A stretch of 58,476 bases of DNA, from IMG/VR virus record IMGVR_UViG_3300025251_000014, positions 1-58,476 of that record, one strand, 5' to 3'. The stretch comes from a virus (Duplodnaviria > Caudoviricetes). The translations under genes were made by a program, and so were the position numbers. Position 1 is the stretch's first letter. Each line of letters opens with the position of its first letter. The notes under the pieces were generated by a model. The model ran no database searches. It saw only the letters and a list, made by a program, of their open reading frames with translations, and was not told the DNA's origin. Positions 26,853 to 34,252 of this stretch are shown one piece after another.

Positions 26853-27323
26853 CTACTCGCTATCCACACTCGGATAATTACAATCAAGGACCTTGTGGCT
26901 AGCATCTCCCAGACCATCACCATCGACATCTCTGTACCAAGTGATCATGCCTTGTCCATCGCATTGTCCACAAATATCCCATTCATTAGAGTAGCAGTTA
27001 TCGTCTATGTCATCAGAGTTTCTGACCCATTGACTAGCTACTATGATACTCCCTTGTAGGTTGGTAGTATATTCACTACCCTTCCACCAGAATGTATGAC
27101 CTTCACCATGAGCTCGGTATTGTATCTCAAAAGCATCTTCGAATGACATATCATCGAGATTGAGTTCAACATATGTCCATTCTGCATCTTTAGGGTACTT
27201 ATAACCTTCTAAGGTATTAGGTGTTACAACAGTGTTGGTTATCTTCGGAGTAGTTTCTCCTCCCCCTTCAGCACTATCACACCCGATCACTAGTATCATT
27301 ATTGCTATCACAATGATTCTCAT
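26853..27323 (-). CDS. Lipoprotein with a DxCGxCxG / WYxDxDGDGxG putative metal-binding motif
   Basis: Signal peptide with lipobox LVIG-C; C-terminal DICGQCDG and WYRDVDGDGLGD (MopE-like motif). Confidence 0.75.
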   Translation of the reverse strand: MRIIVIAIMILVIGCDSAEGGGETTPKITNTVVTPNTLEGYKYPKDAEWTYVELNLDDMSFEDAFEIQYRAHGEGHTFWWKGSEYTTNLQGSIIVASQWVRNSDDIDDNCYSNEWDICGQCDGQGMITWYRDVDGDGLGDASHKVLDCNYPSVDSE

Positions 27324-27449
27324 CTTTTTTTCCCTCCAGTATTTGTTTTATTAGTTTAACTTGTTTCTTTAACCTAGCCATCTCTCTAAACATCTCTCTT
27401 TCAAGATGTGGTGGAGTAGACAGCTCTTCTATTAACCTATGTTTATTTC

Positions 27450-27845
27450 TCATACATTTACTGCCTTCATATGAAATTTCTTCATAAATGCATCACCTTC
27501 AGTCTTAGGCATATCCTTTATAGTGGCTTCGATTTCAGTAAAGTTATCAATCAAGCCCTGTAAATATAATCTATGGTCTTCAGGATGTTTCTTCTTTAAA
27601 GACTCTGCATCATTCTCATCTAGTGAAAATGATATAGCCTGTGTTATCATAGCAGGTTGAGAGGCTTCCTCTAATAGTGCAACTTGCATAGCTTCCATTA
27701 GTTTAGCAAGTACAGGATTAGTTTTTTCCATCTCTTCTATTAACTCTTTTATTATATTTAGATGCCTAACGAAAGCATTGTGAAACATTAGTAGTGTTGA
27801 GAACCACATTTCCCACGGTAAAGTCTTATGACTTATCTCATCCAT
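27450..27845 (-). CDS. Hypothetical helical protein (likely start MDEISHK at 27845)
   Basis: ORF track 27450-27962; AAGGA RBS precedes 27845; the upstream part overlaps 27857-28045. Confidence 0.6.
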   Translation of the reverse strand: MDEISHKTLPWEMWFSTLLMFHNAFVRHLNIIKELIEEMEKTNPVLAKLMEAMQVALLEEASQPAMITQAISFSLDENDAESLKKKHPEDHRLYLQGLIDNFTEIEATIKDMPKTEGDAFMKKFHMKAVNV

Positions 27846-27856
27846 GTTATTATCCT

Positions 27857-28045
27857 TTATATTATTTTGTAAAAGTTTGGAAAGCCTAAGTAGATTTCGA
27901 AACCATTGCCAGTTTTGTCGCCATCTCCAAAGGCCCACCACATGTTTAGCCCAAAACACCAAATTCTAATCTGAGTACCTAGGTCTCGGTCTCTTATAAA
28001 ACCGTCTATCCCCAGGATTACACGTCTCTTGAAAATCAAATACAT
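27857..28045 (-). CDS. Hypothetical protein, 62 aa
   Basis: ORF track; TAATG coupling. Confidence 0.55.
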   Translation of the reverse strand: MYLIFKRRVILGIDGFIRDRDLGTQIRIWCFGLNMWWAFGDGDKTGNGFEIYLGFPNFYKII

Positions 28046-28428
28046 TATGCTTTATCCCTTTCATGTCTAAAAGCGCTATTACTTTTGCTTCTAGGTTTAA
28101 CAGTTGTTGTAATGTGCTCATGACCACTCTCCTTTAGTTTAGCTTGTCTATCTCTAAATTTTCTAACTCTAACAGCACTAGGGTTCTTTGATGGTTTTCT
28201 CTCCTTTACTAGACCCCAATCAGGGTGAAGAGCAGCTTTACCACCTAGCTGTATTATTCTTTTTCTTGTAGCACTTAGTAGTTTATCACCTACTACCACA
28301 TTATTTTCAGTGATCTTACCAATGCCAAGCTTTAAGAATTTTTTTAACTGACTTCTATACCAGGCAATTAGCATGCCTTTGGTAGATAGTACATAGTTAT
28401 TATATTGCATTATAACCTCCATAACCAT
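28045..28428 (-). CDS. Basic hypothetical protein (likely start 28410)
   Basis: ORF track; GGAGG RBS before 28410. Confidence 0.6.
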   Translation of the reverse strand: MVMEVIMQYNNYVLSTKGMLIAWYRSQLKKFLKLGIGKITENNVVVGDKLLSATRKRIIQLGGKAALHPDWGLVKERKPSKNPSAVRVRKFRDRQAKLKESGHEHITTTVKPRSKSNSAFRHERDKA

Positions 28429-28528
28429 TTATATGTTATTTCTACGATTTCTATTACCCAAAGGAGTAGGTATAATATCAAGGAGAACTTGAAACCATAC
28501 CATACTGCTTTCATTGGGGTTACTTCTT

Positions 28529-28675
28529 TTATATCCACATTATTGCTCTACTTACTGACAATATAAATAAGCATATAATAGAACTTACTATTATCATTAG
28601 GAAGAATAATGGGATAAAACCTATTGGTGCTCTCTCTTCTTCAGAGAACAACCATTCATACAGTCTGTCTATCAT
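28529..28675 (-). CDS. Small membrane protein, 48 aa
   Basis: Read manually; AAGGAGG RBS; hydrophobic run FIPLFFLMIIVSSIICLFILSV. Confidence 0.55.
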   Translation of the reverse strand: MIDRLYEWLFSEEERAPIGFIPLFFLMIIVSSIICLFILSVSRAIMWI

Positions 28676-29867
28676 TTAGACCTCCTTAAAGTTCTGAAGT
28701 ATCATGTATGATTCTAAATTTAGTTTGATATTTCATTATTACTTTTTGTTGTTCTTCGATAGTATTTAATTGAGTATTTATCATTTTACTCAAAACTTTG
28801 ACCTTATCTTTTAATTCTTTTACTTCATTGGTCATTATAGCCTCTATTTTAGTGTGAATTTAGTGAGAGAGTCGTCAATATCTATTCCTATCGTCGCCAC
28901 ACTTTAGGTATTTCACGCAGTGACTACTGTTTCAGACCTTGTTGCTTACGCTCATGCCAGTTGCCTTTCTCCTATGACTGAACCATTGTTAAATGGCATA
29001 GAATTACGCCTCATATATTAACTAGTAATATAAGTGTTGGGCTCGTCTCCAACAACCGAGGGCTTTAATAACTTGACCCTTCCTTTACTCTCTCAAATTA
29101 TTGCTAGCTCCCCTGATCAGAGTTCCCCGGTACTACATACCTAGGGTATAACTATAGATATATAGTCATACATCGCTAGCAAATATAAATATGTATTGGC
29201 TCGATGTTATTATCCATCTCTGGGCTCCTGCATGGTGCCAATAGTTTAACCACGACTGACATATTATCGGGAATATGCAACCACAGGATTATAAGCAGTT
29301 TACCGCGCATATGTAGTTTCTCACCTACAATCATTGCTAACGTGGGACGAACCCTTCCTCTAACTTACTTAGGAGGCGCGAAATACAAGCTTAGTTTTCT
29401 CCAGACAGAGCTACTGTCAACTAACAAAGGGTGCTTATTTAATTTAGTGGAGGGTGAGTAATGGGCTCAATCCCTCCTTGCTACATATCAGTTAGAATCC
29501 AGTGTGACTTATCTTACGATAGTTGACCACTTATGGATAGTAACTATTAACCATATTGTATGGTTATAAAATTTTGACAAGCTTTAACGTACTTGTCGTG
29601 TGCCATAGGAGGTCTTACACGGTCTCCACTACTTGTCGGTGGGAGACTAAACCCAAGCCTTGTAACTTCATCCTCTCTTACAAGAGTTTACATTACACAG
29701 GTATTTGGCAAAGTTATGACAGCTCACCACTATATCTAGTTACCTGTATAACCAGAAAGGGCTTCTTTGCATTTTTACATTTCAGTCCCATAATCGACTT
29801 TGATAACCTATAGTTTAGTGTCTTTAGGAGACAGTTGGACCATAAGCAGCCCAATTCTTAACTCATG

Positions 29868-29960
29868 TGGTCATACTGAGAGTCGAACTCAGTCAATGTA
29901 TAAGGATGCTCCAAGAAGGATGGGTTGTCCCTTATATCCGAGTGTAGTACCATAATGACC
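29868..29960 (-). ncRNA. tRNA-like RNA with a canonical T-arm but non-canonical anticodon domain
   Basis: GGTCAT/ATGACC-A acceptor-like stem, CTGAG-TTCGACT-CTCAG T-arm, TATAAGG/CCTTATA stem enclosing 24 nt. Confidence 0.55.
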
Positions 29961-30120
29961 ATGTAGCAATGCTGGCACATTACTGTTGATATCAATTAAT
30001 TCCATACCTAATGAGCCTAAACTCAAAGAGGATGATGTCTTGTTCTACTTCATATCTGTATTTTAGACCACATATTTCAGTGTTAAGAAGTTATCCCGTG
30101 AACCACAGGGGTAAATATTT

Positions 30121-30201
30121 AATCAGGTCTGACTTGAACCAGACAGTAAGCTGCTACCATATTTTACTTAGGTAGTTACCTTTCGGGTCTAATAGCTGAT
30201 T
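30121..30201 (-). ncRNA. Second tRNA-like RNA
   Basis: AATCAG/CTGATT acceptor-like stem, ACC-CGAAA-GGT hairpin, CTACC/GGTAG stem with 12-nt loop, GTCTG-GTTCAAGT-CAGAC T-like arm. Confidence 0.45.
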
Positions 30202-30422
30202 GTATTGCTTCCCTTAGTCAACGTTCCTACTACAATAGGATTGTTTCACCGGTCTAAGATACTTGTAGGTAACTTAGCGCAATCTATAGTTTAGTGTCTT
30301 TAGGAAGACAAATCTTGAGCCTTTTTGCCTCCATGCTCAGGAGGACTGTCTGTGGTATGTCTTATATATATCTCACATACCAGCAGAACAAAGTGTAACA
30401 GTAAAAGGGTAAGAAACTACCC

Positions 30423-30692
30423 TTAGAAGAATATGCCATCAAGGCCCTCCGCCTCATCTGCAGCATCCCTGATACGCTGGATATCAGAGGTGACTTTCTT
30501 CGTAATCAGCTTCCACTGTTTACGTTGGCATTTCGCTACGATTCGGTTGAGGTTCTTCTTGGCGACTAACAACTTCTTACGCTTGAGAGAGAACTTAATC
30601 TCAGTCAGTGCATCTGTTGCATAATCTAACACCTCTTCTAATACATCACTGGCTGCCCTTTCATCAATAAGGTCTTCAGAATATATTGTCAT
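30423..30692 (-). CDS. Hypothetical protein, 89 aa; first gene of the leftward arm
   Basis: ORF track; GGAG RBS. Confidence 0.7.
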   Translation of the reverse strand: MTIYSEDLIDERAASDVLEEVLDYATDALTEIKFSLKRKKLLVAKKNLNRIVAKCQRKQWKLITKKVTSDIQRIRDAADEAEGLDGIFF

Positions 30693-30860
30693 GTTTCTAT
30701 CTCCATTTAATTATAGGGAAAACTAACTAGAAAAAATAAAACTAAAAATAACGTAAAAACGATAGTGAAAAACCCTTTATAAGGGTACCCTATAGTAGGA
30801 AACACCAAGCAAACAAATGCTATAATTTTGAAAGCTTTTGCCTTTTGTGACAGAAATCAC

Positions 30861-30889
30861 TTGACATATACGTATATAAGTCGTATATT
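30861..30889 (+). promoter_or_regulatory. Sigma70-type promoter for the rightward arm
   Basis: TTGACA-17 nt-TATATT; palindrome ATATACGTATAT (30866-77) in the spacer; AGGAG RBS then ATG 30911. Confidence 0.8.
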
Positions 30890-30910
30890 TACATACACTT
30901 AGGAGATACC

Positions 30911-31282
30911 ATGAATAGATTTATGACAGCTATTGTATCAGGTATTGCTGGTATAACACTAGCAAGTCTCCTCCTATCTACCCCCCAGACTAACGATAAA
31001 GAGATAAACATTTGGAACAAAGTTTCCACCGATGAGGCTAATCCAGGAGCAGTTATCACACTGGATATGAGTAGGGGATATTCATATTGTCAGAATGGGT
31101 ATATTTTTCTCGTTATAAAGGAGGTAGGTAAGGAGGATAACATTATATTGGCCTTTCCTGATGGAGGTTATTGGGAATCCCCAGTACAAGATCCCTTCTT
31201 AGAAGCTTTAGAGCTGGAGTTCAATAGCTTGGAAGAGTATCTAAGGAATAAACAAGGTCAAAGTATAGAGAAGGACTATTAA
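30911..31282 (+). CDS. Membrane-anchored or secreted hypothetical protein
   Basis: N-terminal hydrophobic helix; AGGAG RBS. Confidence 0.7.
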   Translation: MNRFMTAIVSGIAGITLASLLLSTPQTNDKEINIWNKVSTDEANPGAVITLDMSRGYSYCQNGYIFLVIKEVGKEDNIILAFPDGGYWESPVQDPFLEALELEFNSLEEYLRNKQGQSIEKDY

Positions 31283-31407
31283 TGGACTATATAGCGCTAT
31301 ATTACAATAAGTGCCTGGAAAATAAGCTACTTAAGGATGAAATAGATGTATTAGAGAAGATAGTACGAACGTCACTACCAATATTAGAAAGAGATGACCA
31401 AGAATGA
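31282..31407 (+). CDS. Hypothetical protein, 41 aa
   Basis: Read manually; TAATG coupling; AAGGA RBS. Confidence 0.5.
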   Translation: MDYIALYYNKCLENKLLKDEIDVLEKIVRTSLPILERDDQE

Positions 31408-31410
31408 AAA

Positions 31411-31737
31411 ATGGTCTATGATGAGATGGTTAAACCTCTTTGTTGGGTTATGGGGCTTATATTATTATATGGATGGGGGTTCGCTATTCCTTTTAGTGAT
31501 ATCTATCCTGAACATAGGAGTGTGGGCAATGACACGGGGAAAGTCGTTCTCTTCATTCTTTACGTAGTAATAAGCGAATATGGAAAAAAGCTTGATCGTA
31601 ACTATAAATGTCCCGTATATTGCGATGTAGACCATAAGCATATATTTTGGGGAAAAGATGAAAAGAAAGATGAAAAAGAAACTTACATACAACCAGTTAG
31701 CAGACTATATCCAACAGTTAGAGCTGCAAGTAGATAA
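31411..31737 (+). CDS. Hypothetical membrane protein with CPVYCDVDHKH motif
   Basis: ORF track; two hydrophobic stretches. Confidence 0.5.
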   Translation: MVYDEMVKPLCWVMGLILLYGWGFAIPFSDIYPEHRSVGNDTGKVVLFILYVVISEYGKKLDRNYKCPVYCDVDHKHIFWGKDEKKDEKETYIQPVSRLYPTVRAASR

Positions 31738-31936
31738 CCAACAGAGAGCTATTTACGATGTATCTGCACTATTACAAGAGTATGTAACAATGCGTAAGGA
31801 TGTAGGTAAACTGCAGAAACACCTGCAAAAGCGTTTAGGATCTGCTTCCCAGATTCCGACTCGCTGGTCGGTATTTCTTAAGTACTGTAAAAACAGCTAC
31901 TTAGAGCTGAAAAAAAAACTTGCATCATATCTATAA
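31658..31936 (+). CDS. Coiled-coil hypothetical protein
   Basis: ORF track. Confidence 0.6.
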   Translation: MKRKMKKKLTYNQLADYIQQLELQVDNQQRAIYDVSALLQEYVTMRKDVGKLQKHLQKRLGSASQIPTRWSVFLKYCKNSYLELKKKLASYL

Positions 31937-31949
31937 GACCTAGTAAACT
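31920..31949 (+). promoter_or_regulatory. AACTTGCA-type putative promoter
   Basis: TTGCAT-18-TAAACT; similar elements at 38080-38109 and 56272-56300. Confidence 0.45.
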
Positions 31950-31985
31950 ACTACTAGTAACTATGCTTAATATAAAGGAGGTTGC

Positions 31986-32168
31986 ATGAGGGTTTATAAC
32001 TTAACTATTGTTTTTGATGACAACACAGAAGAGATAGAGTATATCGAAGAGAGTGTTGATGAAGTTCAAAAGGAGGTTGATTACTTTCAAGCTATAGCAG
32101 ATGACAAATATGAAATGTCAACAACTTTAGATATATTAAGAAAGGTTAAAGATAAGGCTAAAGCATAA
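31986..32168 (+). CDS. Acidic hypothetical protein, 60 aa
   Basis: AAGGAGG RBS; ORF track. Confidence 0.7.
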   Translation: MRVYNLTIVFDDNTEEIEYIEESVDEVQKEVDYFQAIADDKYEMSTTLDILRKVKDKAKA

Positions 32169-32287
32169 AGAACTCTATCTCGACTCGCCTTCGGCAAGCC
32201 GAGTAATTAATTTTAATCAACAGTTATTACCTCGACTGTTAAGCGAGTCACGAAGTGAGGAGTAAGGAGAGGTTATAACGAGGGGAT

Positions 32288-33019
32288 ATGAGAGAGTACA
32301 AAGTTAACGGACAGTTACATACTGTCTATGATGAAATCGATGAGGTACCTAGCAATGTGTCATTCTTAGATGATTGGCGCAAAGCAGCGATAGGTGATTG
32401 GGTGATTGCTGATGATGGAAGCGTTATCCAGATCCTACGCAAAGGGAAGATGCTTACTAGGAACAAGGTCAAAGAGTACGTGGGTACTTGCACTGGGTCA
32501 TTCCCTGTGCTTGGAAGCGTTAAAATGGATACTTCACGGAGGGACAATATATATTCCTTCGGTGGACGTAGAGCCAAGGACGCTCTTTTGGACCGGACCA
32601 CAAACAGTAAGCATGAAACCCTTTTTATACAATACTTGGTTTCGGGAATGTCATTACAAGATTCGTACATGAAGGCATTTCCTACAAATCAGGCTTGGTA
32701 TGCTAGGGAAAAAGCAACAGCCCTTATGAGGCTGGAGAGGATAACAAAACAAGTGAAAGAAGAATTAAAACCAGTATTAGAAAAACTAGGTATAGACAAT
32801 GAGACTGTTCTCAAGGATATCCATAACGTATCTAAAACAGCTGAGAAAGAAGATGTGCGCTTAAGGGCGCTTTTTAAATTAAGTGATATATTAGACCTTG
32901 AAGATAAAACTTCAACTAAGGTAACCCAGGTTACAGGAGCATTATTTCAAGGATTCCAACCAGATGCCTTAGAAGAAGTAGAAAGGCCAAGGGAGATAGA
33001 AGATGGCAACCCCGACTAA
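32288..33019 (+). CDS. terS: Probable terminase small subunit
   Basis: Helix-turn-helix-like C-terminal half (YMKAF...A...A..L), RLRALFKL oligomerisation helix; upstream of terL. Confidence 0.6.
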   Translation: MREYKVNGQLHTVYDEIDEVPSNVSFLDDWRKAAIGDWVIADDGSVIQILRKGKMLTRNKVKEYVGTCTGSFPVLGSVKMDTSRRDNIYSFGGRRAKDALLDRTTNSKHETLFIQYLVSGMSLQDSYMKAFPTNQAWYAREKATALMRLERITKQVKEELKPVLEKLGIDNETVLKDIHNVSKTAEKEDVRLRALFKLSDILDLEDKTSTKVTQVTGALFQGFQPDALEEVERPREIEDGNPD

Positions 33020-33539
33020 AGAATTTATGGACCACTTAAGGGAGAGAGAAGGTTATAAGTCTGAGGTGTACTTAGATACTTCCAATAGACCCACTGTAGG
33101 TGTAGGACATCTTTTAACAGCTGAGGAGATAAAAAAGTATCCTGTAGGTACTACTATAGATAAGGAGCAGCTAGCTCTATGGTTGGAAATGGACTCTAGC
33201 GTGGCATATAATGCTGGATTAGCTCAAGCAAAGGAAGCTGGCATTTCAGACCAGGGTATGATTGAAGCCTTAGCATCTGTAAACTATCAGCTAGGAAGAT
33301 CCTGGGGCACAAAGAAGACTAAGTTCCCCAAGGCATGGAAAGCCATTAAGGATGGGGACTATATAGAGGCTGTGAAGCAAATAAAGGAGAATAGCTCTGG
33401 TGGAAAAAGTGATTGGTATGATGAAACACCTACTAGGGTAGAAGATTTTGCAAAGGCATTAAATGCTTATGGTAAGAAAGTTAAACCACAAGATTATGCA
33501 CTACAACAAATGATAAATGAAGACAACACCTTTGCATAA
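33003..33539 (+). CDS. Phage lysozyme (T4-like, GH24)
   Basis: EG...VYLD....PTVGVGH catalytic E-D-T motif; YQLG and W..ETPTR motifs. Confidence 0.92.
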   Translation: MATPTKEFMDHLREREGYKSEVYLDTSNRPTVGVGHLLTAEEIKKYPVGTTIDKEQLALWLEMDSSVAYNAGLAQAKEAGISDQGMIEALASVNYQLGRSWGTKKTKFPKAWKAIKDGDYIEAVKQIKENSSGGKSDWYDETPTRVEDFAKALNAYGKKVKPQDYALQQMINEDNTFA

Positions 33540-34252
33540 TGGAAAAAATTGATGCTAATGCTTTTGCTATGATGCAGCATGCTACAGCTGATAAGACTGC
33601 AGTATCGCTAAATGGTAGTAAGTCAAGATTGAAGAGTGAGGATTTACACAACACCTTGATGGCTGCTGGCTTTACCCCTGTTCTAGGGAATCTGGCAGAT
33701 GCTGCAGATGCGTTATTATATGCTGCAGAAGGGGAGTTTGGCAATGCAGCTTTATCTCTTACAGCTATGATCCCATTTATTGGGCAGGCAGTTTCAGCAA
33801 AGAGAGCTATAAAGGCAGCAAAAAAAGCCGGTGATGAGATAGTTGCTATATATAGGGGTACCAATTGGCATCCGGCAAGAAAGAAGGTAGGTGAATCGGT
33901 ATTGGACACAGGGGAAGCGATGGTTAAGGATGGAAAATTTGTTGGAGGTAAGTACTCACGCTTTAATCCTGGTACATCTAGATATGATCTTCCAGAAGGA
34001 ACTATATGGGGGAGTAAGAGCAAAAAAGAGGCTATGGAGTGGGGAGCGTCCCAAGTGGACGACATTAGTGATAACTCTAATTATATTCTAAAGTTTGAGA
34101 TACCTCAGTCAGAATTATCTCGACTTAAGCCAGTGTTTGATAGGGGCAGTACAAACATTGGTATACCTGGTGGGCTAGATAAAAAGTGGCTTACCAAAGC
34201 TGAAAAGGTTACTGAGGATATGTATATGGATTTAAAGTATGGCAAACATTAA
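33539..34252 (+). CDS. Pre-toxin TG (PT-TG) domain plus possible ADP-ribosyltransferase-fold C-terminus
   Basis: GFTPVLGNLADAADALLYAAEGEFGNAALSLTAMIPFIG is a PT-TG-type motif; C-terminus has IYRG, WGSKS...A and YILKFEIP. Confidence 0.65.
   Translation: MEKIDANAFAMMQHATADKTAVSLNGSKSRLKSEDLHNTLMAAGFTPVLGNLADAADALLYAAEGEFGNAALSLTAMIPFIGQAVSAKRAIKAAKKAGDEIVAIYRGTNWHPARKKVGESVLDTGEAMVKDGKFVGGKYSRFNPGTSRYDLPEGTIWGSKSKKEAMEWGASQVDDISDNSNYILKFEIPQSELSRLKPVFDRGSTNIGIPGGLDKKWLTKAEKVTEDMYMDLKYGKH

Larger units (their letters stand above)
29808..30305. repeat. 22-nt direct repeat CTATAGTTTAGTGTCTTTAGGA (29808-29829 and 30284-30305)
   Basis: Identical copies, each followed by (A)GACA, forming a TGTCT/AGACA mini-hairpin. 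Confidence 0.85.
28864..30400 (-). ncRNA. About 1.5-kb non-coding region packed with candidate structured RNAs
   Basis: No credible ORF; successive closed domains (28864-29095, 29101-29182, about 29198-29411, about 29560-29720), two tRNA-like folds and a 22-nt direct repeat. Confidence 0.55.

Noticed and set aside
29204-29813. Plus-strand ORFs 29204-29461 and 29556-29813
   Set aside because: Antisense to the arm's direction, no RBS, atypical composition; region better explained as structured RNA.
29808-30305. Possible CRISPR mini-array
   Set aside because: Only two 22-nt copies, 476 nt apart; spacing incompatible with CRISPR spacers and no cas genes.
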